A stretch of DNA of 64,000 nucleotides, taken from Cirrosporium novae-zelandiae. Taxonomy: Eukaryota. The stretch lies in contig JAPETS010000020.1 of NCBI GenBank assembly GCA_026023565.1, positions 248,001-312,000 on the forward strand, read 5' to 3'. Under the pieces are notes generated by a model, which searched no databases, was not told where the DNA came from, and saw only the letters and a list, made by a program, of their open reading frames with translations. This document shows, piece after piece, positions 51,001 to 62,492 of this stretch. Both the position numbers and the translations under genes were made by a program. The stretch's first letter is position 1. The number at the start of each line of letters is the position of its first letter.

Positions 51001-52099
51001 AATAGTGACTTTGGAAACAGGGATTCTGATTGGGGGCATGGCCTAACTTTAAGCCAGGTTCAAGATAGGATTTGTCTAAACTTCGCCTGTCAATGTCTAA
51101 CGGAAAGCCATTTTCTATCTACCACCATTTTTTCAAATGTCTTAACGGGTGCTTCTCAAAACCCCAGCCCCCGAGTATATGCAGCACACAACAACCACCG
51201 ATGTTTTGCCCTTCCCGTAAACAAGAAAGAAACTTGCAGTTGCCACAGTATCCAAAGTCTGAACATTTGCTCGGGCACCGATCGGAATAAGGGAGCTCCT
51301 TATGTTTAAAGAAAAAAAAAATTAATCTCGTGTAAATCAATTAAAAAGATACTACCGAGAAATTAGAATTGATCCGATCGATTACCGCCGACCACGCTAT
51401 CATGAGCGACCGCAACCTAATATACTTGATATGAAATCACCTCCAAGATATTCCATTTAAGCTTTCCACATACAACCTCATTATGGTTGGAGGTGAACTG
51501 AAGGTCTTGCAGATCCCTCTAGTTTCCTACAGCAAACTCAGCAGCGAGAGAGACACTCAGGATGTCGTAAATTGCCGTGTGTTTTTCTTTTCACCTAACA
51601 GAGCCAATGGTCCGCTGCTAGAAACCCCGGAAATGGTTCGAACTACTTGTCGGACACTAAGCTACCTAGTATCTAAGTACCTTTCTCCCCCTGTCAGAGC
51701 CGAATGCTGCACGAGAGAAAAGATCTACAGTTGTGGTGATGATAGAGAAAGCGTTCAACCAAACAAGTTCAAGGAGCTTTGAATCAATTTGGGCGGGCAT
51801 GGTGATAAGATTGCATTAGTAAAACATCCCAACAACATGTGCAATCCCGACATCTTTTCCCGCCAGCCAGCCGGTTTGTTAACAAGACTATATAAGAAGT
51901 TCAATCCGGCCTAACAGTAAACTCATCCCCCATCCATCCACCCCCCAATCCATTGATCAATCCTAAGATTCATCCACCCAACAGAGTCACTCGTTTCTCT
52001 CTGCTTGTCAAACCTAGTCTCTCTTTACTTGACCAAAAACTAAACTTCACTTCACTTCACTTCAACCAACTCACCACTATTTTTAAAACCACATTCAAA

Positions 52100-52480
52100 A
52101 TGCATTTCACAACCACCGCCCTGCTCATCCCAGCAACATTCGTCCTCTCCGCCCTTGCGGCCCCATTCTCATACTCAACCGGCACCTCATACCCAACCGG
52201 CACCTCATACCCAACCGGCACCTCATACTCAACAGGAACCTCGTACCCAACTGCCGCCTCACTCTACGGCACTGTCATATCCTACTCTGTATCCGCGGGG
52301 CTTGACGCCTCCGTAGCAATCCCAAAGCGTTCCGCCGCACCATACCCACTCAGCAACAGCACGCTATTCGACGAGACAAAAATACTCCCAGCCGTCGCAT
52401 CTGGTCTACCTGCTATAGTAAAGCGTTCGCCACCTCTTAATGGACCTATGGTGTTTTATAACGTTACAGTTTCGGCCTAA
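52100..52480 (+). CDS. Small secreted protein (126 aa) with tandem SY(P/S)TGT repeats and two KR (Kex2) sites
   Basis: CAAAATG start, signal peptide ending in ALA-AP, about 5 copies of an 18-bp repeat, IPKR/SA and IVKR/SP sites, and a TATATAA at about 51889. Confidence 0.8.
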   Translation: MHFTTTALLIPATFVLSALAAPFSYSTGTSYPTGTSYPTGTSYSTGTSYPTAASLYGTVISYSVSAGLDASVAIPKRSAAPYPLSNSTLFDETKILPAVASGLPAIVKRSPPLNGPMVFYNVTVSA

Positions 52481-52849
52481 TAAGAGGGAGAGGATGTTTG
52501 AACGTTGGGGTGGAGGCTTTTGAAAGGGAAGGGTACTTTTTTTTGTATTGGATGGTGCGGGCTTACATATGGTGGGTGGCGGGGGTGGTTAACCCAAAAC
52601 CTCCCCTCCCCTCTCCCTCCCTCCCATCCCACCAAAAAAGGAAGGCAGGGACTTGGCGTGAATGGAAAAGGGGGGGCTGGAAACGTTGAACTTTTGAAGC
52701 CCAAACGGCGCAAGAGAAATGAAATGGAAGGGCAAGACAAAGGCAAAGGGCAAAGCAAACGAAGGGAAAGGAACTTTTTTTGTTGTGCCACGAATCCCCA
52801 CATTTTCACATTTTACATTCTACAATTCACATTCCCATGACATTTAACC

Positions 52850-55400
52850 ATTTACATTTTACAACTACAGAATCACACAACAATATGCTACACACACACG
52901 CATATGTCTTAGATAGATATATCCACACTTATATATTTCTTAATTTGTTTTTTTTCTTTTCTACTACCCCTTATTCTTTCAATGAAATGTTGAGTGATTG
53001 AGTGACGACGAGAGATGAGATGAGCAAGAAATAAAGTTATTTTTTTCCCTTCTACTTGGTGTTTTTCTTTTTTTCTTTCTTTGGTGGTTGATTGGGGTAA
53101 TTCGTATTTACGGAGAGCCAGGGGATGAGAGGTATTAAATTGATAATTTGAAGGTGGCATTAGTTCTTAGTTATGGAAGGAGGGGAATAGGGGGTTGGTT
53201 AGTTTTATAATTTCATAACTTGATTAGAAAAAAAAAAGGAGAATTTAAGAGAAAATATATCTAACATATTTCTTTGCTAAAAGTACTTTACCTTCCTTAG
53301 GTTTCCTAGGCTAACTACACTACCTTACCCACTTAACTTGTAACTTGTAGCTTGTTAACGGATAACGAGGTGGGAGAAAAAGCAAAAGGGAAACGGAAAC
53401 GGAAACGGAAACGGAAGGCATGGATGGATATAATTATAGTTCAGATGCTATAGTATTCCCTTCTACTACCCTCTTCAGATACCTTGATAGATACCCCGAT
53501 AGATACTTCGGTCTAGACAGAGGCAGGGGGGGCAGGGCAGGTAGAGACAGTGAGAGGGAGAGGGGGTAGGGAAAGGAATAGAGGGAGAGAATGATGATAG
53601 ATTATCGATACGCTACGATAAGATCAGACCCACCCACAACCGTAAATCATTCATTTTCTATCTATATCTATATTTCCAACAAATATAATAACAACAACAA
53701 CAACAAGATTTCATTTCATTCACCATCCATCCATCTATCCATCAAGGAGAAAAAAAGAATTCCTCAACCTCTTTATCCCTTATCTCCATCTATATATATA
53801 TATATATATATTTTCTGTTCCAAGGACAAAAGAAAAGAAAAGGAAATGAAACGAAAATCAAGGAAGAGGGGGTCGCGTCTTTCTCCTCTTTCTCTCTCTC
53901 TCCTAATTTTTTTCGGGGTCGGGAGGGGGGGGGTTGTGGGAGGTGTATATAGTGTGGTGGTGGTGGTTATTTACTCTATCTCTATCTCTATCTACTATAA
54001 TGATAATAATAATAATAATAATGCAATGGATATATACATGTGTTATGTGTATATGCATATTCAATCAAATTCAATCAACAAACATTTATGCATGTATCAA
54101 GACACCGCCCGCCTGTCTGCCTAGCTAGGTAGTTAAAAAACTAACTTCTACTTTTACTTCTAGTTCTAGAATATGGTATATGTATGTATAAGTGGTATAA
54201 GGACATCTTTACAGCTTCCTTGGTTTGTCGTAGGGGTAGGAAAGAGGACTTTTTTTTTGTTGTTGCTACCACCACCACCACCACTAGACCTTGATAGACC
54301 ATGAATAATAAATAATAAATAACCAATCGTCTTTTTCTTTTTCTCCTCTATCCTATATCTAATACCTAGAACATTCTTATTAACCTTCTATCATATCACA
54401 TGCCTGTAATTGTAATTTATCCCTGTTGTAATTTTTTACATTTATTAATTAAAAAGGATGATATCAGAGGTGAGGTATATATATACGTAGGTATATATAT
54501 CTTCATTTCGGAACATTATTATATACTATATATACTTTATATTTTATACTGTCACTGTTACTCATTGTAATTATTCGTGATGGTTTCTTGCTTGCCTTGC
54601 TTGCGAAGCTCTTCTCTTAAGCGGGTTTAGTAGAGTAGAGCTAGAGTAGAGGAGAGGAGAGCAAAAGACCCTTTCTTACCTATAGTCTATATAGTAGGTA
54701 AACTACTTAAGGACTATACCCTAAAAGCTAATTATCTAAAACAACAAACAAAAAAAAACAAGAGACAGAAAATCTACTTATACCTACCTATCTACCTACT
54801 TTATATATACCCAATCGGTCTTCGTGACCTGACCTGACCCTGACCCTGACCGTCCGTAATAGTTCCAACACAGTAACAATAAAAAATATTGTATTTATTT
54901 GTTATTGCCTTGCTGGCTTATTAGTAGAGTCATTATTTTTTTTTGTAAAAAATTGTAGAGCATGTAATGATTCCATAGTTTTTAACCCTTCGTCAATGAG
55001 GGTAATATATATATATATAGTTGTATGGTACGTAAGTAGGTACTGTATAAGGGGTACCTAGGTAAGTTAAGTGGTTTGAAAGTAAACTATACAAATCAAA
55101 CATACAAACCACCATACAAACACAAACTATTATAACCAGTTCCGTATTACCCCTTGGCCTACTCTTTCTTCCTTCCTTTCTTTCTTTCTTTCTTCTTCAC
55201 AACTTAGAGTACTCTATCCCTCAAACTCGTAATTTATCACTTCCGTTTCAGTTCTTGTTGGTACTCTATTCCTGTAATTGATTTGCTAATTACATCATTA
55301 ATTCAACCAAAAAAAAATTTTTTTTATCTCAATATAAATCTAATCCCCATCTATCCCCTTCAATTCAAGTAATTAAAAATAAACAAAAAATATATAAACA
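52850..55400. repeat. AT-rich microsatellite-dense intergenic block: (TA)n, (AAT)n, (GGAAAC)n, (AAC)n, (TGACC)n
   Basis: Directly visible. No credible ORF. Confidence 0.75.
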
Positions 55401-55484
55401 AAAATAAAGCATATTCAACTCCTCTATTCATTCATCTAATCAGTTTAGTGTGTTCGCTTCGTCAGCAACCTCCACATGAAATAT

Positions 55485-55952
55485 CCGCAACCCCGTCCAA
55501 ACTCCAAAACCCACGCTAAAACCCCACACAAACAAGGATCCTCCATACTCCATACCCTATACCCCACTCCCCACACTTTTTGTTTCCTCATTGCGGATCC
55601 GCCCATAGATGGATGATCTACATGGCGCAGTTCTCTCGAGATGCGAAATACGAAAAATGCGGGGGAAGATATGGGGGGATATGGGGATCTACAATTGAAA
55701 GCTAAACTAAAGCATATTGGGAATTATGAGGGAAATGTTCTGGAGTTCTTAGCTTGGATCCTTGGGGGGAGAGGTGCGGAACCGAGACTGATTGACTGGT
55801 TGACTGAGGTCGCTGAGGTAGTTCAGGCGGTTGTTTGCGATTGCGGTCGCAGTTGGGGATGCGTGCATTCAGCTGACCGTGCTATGCAATACTATGCTGT
55901 GCTACGCTATGCTGTGCTGTTCTGGGATGAGAATACCGCAACCGCAACCGCA
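55485..55952. promoter_or_regulatory. Cluster of 8 AlcR-type half-sites (WGCGG/CCGCW) plus CreA-type SYGGRG sites upstream of the BVMO
   Basis: CCGCA 55485; TGCGG-AT-CCGC 55592-55602; TGCGGGG 55658; TGCGG-AA-CCG 55775-55784; TGCGG 55842; CCGCA x3 at 55936/55942/55948. CCCCAC at about 55522, 55562 and 55569. Confidence 0.6.
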
Positions 55953-56209
55953 AGATGCATGCTACTATTGCTACTGCTGCCTTGCTTCCTCCTCCCCAGT
56001 TAATAATAAAAAAAAAAAAAAGAAAAGATGTAAAAATGGAGTTTGTCTTATCTATTTAGATCGGAGCGTTTCCCTTTTCTTACTCTCAAAAATCATCAAT
56101 TCCTAAAGCCTGGTTTCATTTTTCGGACTATACGCAAGCTTATCTTATTTTATTTCACCATTTTTTATAATCGAATTTCATAGCTTAACTCAGCATCAAG
56201 CAAGAAATC

Positions 56210-57868
56210 ATGAAAGCCGAACTCCGAGAATTCGCCCGTCGAAACGACACCACCGGCCCGTATGCCGATAACCTGGATGTCGATGTCCTGATAGTAGGAG
56301 CCGGCTTCGGTGGCGTCTTCTTGCTGTACCAGTTGCGCAAGCTCGGGTTCAAAGCTGTCATCTACGAAGCCGGAACAGATCTCGGCGGCACCTGGCGCTG
56401 GAACTGCTATCCGGGAGCGCGAGTTGACTCCGAGGTTCCCGAGTACGAATACTCGATCCCTGAGGTGTGGAAGGACTGGACGTGGACCACGAATTACCCC
56501 AACTACGAAGAGCTGCGGGCGTACTTCGATCATGTTGATAAGGTGCTTGATATCAAGAAGGATTGCGCTTTTGATAGCGTTGTTGTCGATGCCCAGTTCC
56601 ATGAGGGGGAGGGCAAATGGCACGTCAAGACCGCGGATGGGCGAACGGGCAAAAGCAAGTACTTCATCGTGGCTGCTGGCTTTGCAGCCAAGCGATATAT
56701 TCCCGACTTCAAGGGCCTCGATTCATTCAAAGGAGTCATCCACCATTCTTCCTTCTGGCCGGAAGAAGGTGTCGACGTCCGTGGGAAACGCTGCGCGGTC
56801 ATCGGAACCGGCGCCTCCGGCGTTCAAATAGCCCAGGAATGGGGCCCCATCGCAGGCTCCCTCAAAGTGTTCCAACGAACGCCCAACCTCGCTATCCCCA
56901 TGGGCAAGAAATCGCTTACGCATGCCGAGCAGCAAAATGCAAAGGTGCACTACCCCAAGCTGTTCGCGCTGCGAGAAAAATGCTTCGGCGGCTTCTTCTA
57001 TAGCTTCTCGGAAAAAAACACCTTCGACGACACGCCCGAGGAGCGGGAAGCTTTCTTTCAATCCCTCTGGGACCACGGCGGCTTCCCCTATTGGCTCGGT
57101 ACCTACAAGGACATGTTGTTCGACGCCGCTGCTAACCGTGAGGCCTACAACTTCTGGGCGAAAAATATCCGCAACCGGATCGGGGACCCAAAGAAACGCG
57201 ATCTCCTCGCCCCACTGGAGCCCCCGCATGCCTTTGGCGTAAAACGCCCCTGTCTGGAACAAAACTACTACGAACAATTCAACCGACCGACGGTCGACGT
57301 CATCTGCCTCAAGCAAACACCCATCAAGGAATTCAAACCCACGGGCATCCTCACCGCAGACGGCACACTCCACGAGTTCGATGTCATCGCTATCGCCACG
57401 GGCTTCGACATAACCACAGGCGGCATGACAAACATGGGCCTCCGTAGCATCCACAACACAAGCCTAAACTCAGAATGGAAAGCAGCAGCAAATACTTACC
57501 TCGGTACCACCATCTCAGGGTATCCAAACATGTTCCACCTGTACGGCCCTCACGGCCCCACGCTGCTCAGCAACGGGCCCTCTAGCGTCGAGGTCCAGGG
57601 CCGCTGGATTGTCGACGCTATCAAGAAAATCGAACGCGACGGCTTGAAGTATGTAGATCCCACGCCCGAGGCCACGAAGGAGTGGAAGAAGAGGATCAAT
57701 GAACTGTCAGATGCTTCATTGTTTCCAACAACGAGGTCCACGTATATGGGTGGCAGCTTGCCCGGGAAGGCGTTTGAGCAGGTTAATTATGCGGGGGGCA
57801 TTCCGACGTATGCGGTGGAGATTAGGGAGGTGTTGGAGGGGTGGAAGGGGTTTAGGACTGTGAAGTGA
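56210..57868 (+). CDS. Type I Baeyer-Villiger monooxygenase (FAD/NADPH), intronless
   Basis: Rossmann motifs VGAGFGG and IGTGASG, GGTWRWNCYPG, BVMO fingerprint FKGVIHHSSFWP (FxGxxxHxxxWP), FQRTP, KRP (catalytic Arg) and ATGFD. Confidence 0.95.
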   Translation: MKAELREFARRNDTTGPYADNLDVDVLIVGAGFGGVFLLYQLRKLGFKAVIYEAGTDLGGTWRWNCYPGARVDSEVPEYEYSIPEVWKDWTWTTNYPNYEELRAYFDHVDKVLDIKKDCAFDSVVVDAQFHEGEGKWHVKTADGRTGKSKYFIVAAGFAAKRYIPDFKGLDSFKGVIHHSSFWPEEGVDVRGKRCAVIGTGASGVQIAQEWGPIAGSLKVFQRTPNLAIPMGKKSLTHAEQQNAKVHYPKLFALREKCFGGFFYSFSEKNTFDDTPEEREAFFQSLWDHGGFPYWLGTYKDMLFDAAANREAYNFWAKNIRNRIGDPKKRDLLAPLEPPHAFGVKRPCLEQNYYEQFNRPTVDVICLKQTPIKEFKPTGILTADGTLHEFDVIAIATGFDITTGGMTNMGLRSIHNTSLNSEWKAAANTYLGTTISGYPNMFHLYGPHGPTLLSNGPSSVEVQGRWIVDAIKKIERDGLKYVDPTPEATKEWKKRINELSDASLFPTTRSTYMGGSLPGKAFEQVNYAGGIPTYAVEIREVLEGWKGFRTVK

Positions 57869-58667
57869 GTGGGTCTATAGATATATATTAGTATACATAT
57901 GAATGGTTGGCCGTATCCAGGAATAGTTGGTTTCGTTTTTTGTTTTCTTGGTAATTAATGGTAATCCTTACCGTTTGCCTCTTCCTTCGTAAGAAAAGAA
58001 GTCCCATACTTAAACTTCATCAGCTTCAATTAAACTCTATCTTCTATGCTGTTTTTTGGGGTAGAGGAAGATAAAAATATAGAAGATGATATTACGTGTA
58101 GGAGTAACTAAAAGAAGGAAACATGTATATATAGGATATGAGCGTGGGAGGAGGATGGATTATTTGTAGTATCGGTGAAGAGACGAAATTTATATACCTC
58201 GAAGATTTTTTTTTTAAAGAACTGGTTGAAGAATAAAGAGGGATTTTGGGAAGGATGAAATGGTGACGGTGGTACGATCGTGATGATGTGATGCCGTATG
58301 TACTGTGAAACCGTTTCTGAATAGCTATATATATTGTAGATGAAATGAACAATAATCAAATCAAGAAAAGCAATTAGCTTGATGGAAAAATAAAACTGAG
58401 AAGATGCAATAACGATAATCATCTATTTGTTTCATAGCAACAGAATATTCTTATGATATCAATCATTTATTGGTATAGCAAAACAGGAAAGCGCCTCCTT
58501 TTCTTATCGAATAGTGGTGGAACAGTTAGTTGTGTACAAGTATTTTTTTCTTTTTTTAATTAGTACTAGAAGTGGGCGGCGTACATGTATAGCGGGGGGC
58601 TATAGATACATTCTGGGAGATGTGTGGCGAGGGTGGTACAAATTATAGACATGCAAAGGGATGATTG

Positions 58668-61600
58668 CTATCCCCATGCGTGAAAGTTCTCTAGGGTGTC
58701 TAGAAAAGATTCGTTTGGAACGTCTGAGAGTGAGAACTGGAAAGGTTCTTCGGCTATAAAGTCCGTTCGAATGCTAGCATGCTGTGAAGAAGTAGTAGAT
58801 TCAATGCCTAGATTTAGAAAGTCTGCCCTGCAGGGACAGGGTGGATTGTTGGGAAAAGGTTCGGTGGATGAGGTGCCGGAGATATCCTGCAATGCGGACG
58901 AGAGGGCCGTGGCAGCCAGAAATGCCATGTCGGATTTTTTGCCCAAGTGCCATAGCGCTTCGATGCAATATTCACATCGGGCTTTTGCTTCCTTTATTTC
59001 TGCTTCAAGGTCCCCCATATTTTCTCTGGGTCCTGGTTGATGGAAGAAATGTACAGGGTCTAGGAGGGTAAACCCAGCTTTTCCAAACGAGCGGATGAGG
59101 ACCACAGTCCAGGGCTCTGTGAGTAGGGCACCTTTGTTCAGTGCAAAGTGAAATTCTGGGGCTTGGGGGAACGATGAATCGTGGCGAGGGCAGGAACATT
59201 TGCCTAAATCGGCCATGGCGTAAGCGTGTTTCTTCCTTAGGGTTGGAACAAGAGAGGATGATCCCCGGATATTTCGTTGTGATTCTAAGCCCAGCATTTC
59301 TTCGTCGATAGTTTCGATTATGTCGGCCAGGAGTAGGGCCGCGAGGTGCCAATGACCCACCAGAACAACATACCAGGATTGGATCCGGGGTGGTAGGTTG
59401 TTATGATTGCTGATGCAGTCGAGGATGAATTGGCCGTAGATCTTATTCCAGTGTTGGTAGACTTTCAATGCATCCTGGATGCCTTCCTCAAGTCTTTCGT
59501 GTCTCACTTTTCGGGATAGTAGCGTTTGCAAGTGCGTCACTTTACGGAAGAGCAAAACTTTCACTGGAGCAGCATCAGACAACGTAGCCGCTGCATCTTC
59601 GTAAGAACAAGGCCACCGAGGAATGTGTTCGCTGTGTCGAAGACGGTTTTGTTCTAAGAAAAACTTGCCCCATAACTTCGAGTCACCACCTTTTATAAAC
59701 GTGGAACGGTAGGACGAGGGAGCGCTATTGAAAAGGTGCTCGTCTACGTCTTTGTAGGTTGGTTGAGATGTGTTCCAAGGGTGGTCATCAAGTATATCGC
59801 TGTCTTCATCCGAAACAACTAGTGGCCGTTTGTGCATTGCTGCTGAGAGAGTATCAAACATAATGCCGAGCCAGAACAAAAGATCGAACGTTTTACGGTC
59901 TCCACGGCTGAGTAGACCTGATGTGACTGGTGTAGATGCTGAATGATTCATCATGCCATTGTCTTTCATATTTCTCGTCTTCGGTACGCTTTGTTTCTCA
60001 ATCCTCTCTAGTTTGTAACGGAATGAGAAGACTTGCCGAAGTGCTGTTTCGAGAAAGACTGGAGGTCCATCAATTTCAACGAGTTGGTCTAGTTCAGCGA
60101 GCTTAGATACAGTTGTATCTGGCCTAGAAGCCCTAGAAGTGAAGGTTGAATGATTAGATTGCACCCCGTGCATCGAAGGACAGCCAAACGCATGACGAAT
60201 TGCGTTTTCTGATTGAATAGAACGATTCCGATATCTCATCTTTATTGCTCGAATATGCAAGTCAATATTGACGGGTCGTTGTGTTAGAGAAAATACAAGA
60301 TGGGCAAAAATGACCCGGAACGATTCTATGTGAGCAGTGTCTTGTAAGGCTCGGCGCGCTTGATGCCAAAATGTCTCCTGGATCGACCGGTCAAACTCCA
60401 TAGACATATAAAAAGTGGCACTGTCTGGGTCGGATGCCGAATCCCTTCCACATGTAGGATCGCTGCCCATAGATGTAGCCGGTATACTACCAAATTGACC
60501 TATTGTAGCCATAAATGATGAAAATTCTGCTGAACTTCGCTGACTTGATTGAGCCCACTGGGTGGCAAAAGCCATAATAGCCATATGAAGTGCTCGCGAG
60601 GCTGCTCTATCCTCTGATTGAGTAAGAGACCGGTCACGAAAGGCCGAGGATGCTCGGTCGAGATGACATACACGCTGACAAATTCGATTTGACCAGTTGG
60701 GGCCCCATTCTTCCATCATAGGTTCGTTTGGATCCGGACCCGTATGGTTAAAGAGTGGAACCGGGTTGACATTATAAGGACAGGTTCTTTCTGTCAACCA
60801 ACAAGACAACGCGTTTTCCATACTATCATGGTAGATTCGAATGAGGCCGTCAGCCAAGAACGAGCGATTGGCAGACGTCGCTAAACGTTCTTGAAGAGCA
60901 TATGGTGATGGATCAATGAAGGCCCTAGGCACGTCAGGGGGATGGGTAACCCCCGACTCCAGTCGCTGTCCAAATCCGGATTGTGATGAAAGCTCGCCCG
61001 AGGTAGAGGACTGGGGTATAAGCGAACCCATTCGCTGGTGACTACTACATCTTCTAGACCTCGGGACGGGTAACTCTCTGTTATCTGACGCGAATGGGTT
61101 AGAGATTAGGTCGGGGAGAATCAATTCCGCCGAATATGCTTGTGATTTGTCCACGTCTTCGCGATAAGGGAAACCAGTTTCGCTCATGGTATCCTCCAGA
61201 TTGGTAACGTGTGTCATTGGGAGGTCCTCGGGATCTTTGGCCCAGGAGCTATTGGCATTGACTTGGGAATATACAAGAGATGGAGCATCAGATGAAATAG
61301 ATGGAAGCAAATCTTGATCATCGAGTGGTGGCGAGAGTGGATAGTTCAAGAATGACGATGGCGACAGCGGTATATTCTGAGAGAATTCAAGAGAACATAA
61401 AGGTGATCCAGAGGGGATAGTTGAAACAGGTTCTCTTGTTCCCCCATTCGATATAGCAGGCTCTTCAGAGCGTTCAGAGCGTTTCAGGGCCCTTTTTTCC
61501 ACACTATTTCGCTTCCGCCGCCGCGAAATTACGTCCTGCATGGATCGAAGCCATTCCAATGTGCAATTCTTCCCAGTCTTTGCACAGTTTGAACATGGAC

Positions 61601-61993
61601 CAAGAGAAACAACATTGTCGACGCTTTGCCTATCTATGTAATCGCTAAGCACCGATTTTTAGGGAACTTGAGCTATAAAATTGAACACTTTAGTGAAATA
61701 TGCATACCTATGTCTGTACCATCACTTTCATTTAATGGGTTGTTTTGGGGCCAAGACGGGGCTGAATCTGTAGACAAGTCTGGACGCTCAGAAATAACTA
61801 TATCAGTTCTAGGAGAAACCAGGCCATCCAGTACAACAACGTCGCACGCTCGTTTACCCTTTCGACACTGATCACAGCTGCGATGTTGACGACGGCGATT
61901 CCTAGATTTGACCTTCTCTCGCTGATGTTGATACTGTTGTGTCCCGAGTTGATGTGTCGCCTGATGCTTCCAAATAGTTGACTGAGCCATCAT
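58668..61993 (-). CDS. alcR: AlcR-like Zn2Cys6 transcription factor (exons 61993-61708, 61633-58668)
   Basis: RRRQHRSCDQCRKGKRAC...CSNCAKTGKNCTLEWL resembles the Aspergillus nidulans AlcR DNA-binding domain. AlcR-family blocks RIYHDSMENALSCWLTE..CPY, FWLGIMFDTLSAAM and LTEPWT are present. A 74-nt intron GTATGC..CATAG (61707-61634) is in phase. Confidence 0.85.
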
Positions 61994-62035
61994 TGTGTCT
62001 GTCTATTTGATTCTCCCGCCTTATTGGGATACATG

Positions 62036-62195
62036 TGCGGTCAAGTAATATGTAGGGTATAATGCCCAAATCGTGAATAGAAGCTTCATTGATTTATAAG
62101 AGAGGGCAGAGATAGAACAAGGGACAAGGGGAGAATACGACCAGTTCGGGAATTGGAAATTGCGGGGAAATAATGTGCGGGGAAAGCTTGTGGGG
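62036..62195. promoter_or_regulatory. Overlapping AlcR-type and CreA-type sites upstream of the alcR-like gene
   Basis: TGCGG at 62036; direct repeat TGCGGGGAAA at 62161-62170 and 62176-62185 (TGCGG overlapping GCGGGG); GTGGGG at 62190-62195. Confidence 0.6.
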
Positions 62196-62492
62196 ATCCT
62201 TTGATTCACCGTTAATTAAAGAAGTCTGTGTTGATCCTGATTTATAGTTCTTTTCTCAGAACCAATTCCCTGTGTAGGATATGATGAGGTAGAAGACTGC
62301 ACAAATAAAGATGCATCGTGGGCGTTGACTAATGGACTAACAACGAGCACGGACCAGAATGCCTTCTCCTCCCCAACAAGAGAGATGATCTACGGAAATA
62401 TGGAGCATTCTACAATAAACAATCATCCGTATCCAATTAACGTTAATCAATTCATATGGTATATATAAGGACCAAATACTAAATACTAGCCA

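Noticed and set aside
50690..51340. Cys-containing ORF fragments (50869-51309 and others)
   Set aside because: There is no convincing start, splice model or domain; a decayed gene cannot be excluded.
56165..57741. Long antisense and alternative-frame ORFs over the BVMO
   Set aside because: They are expected by-products of GC-biased codon usage.
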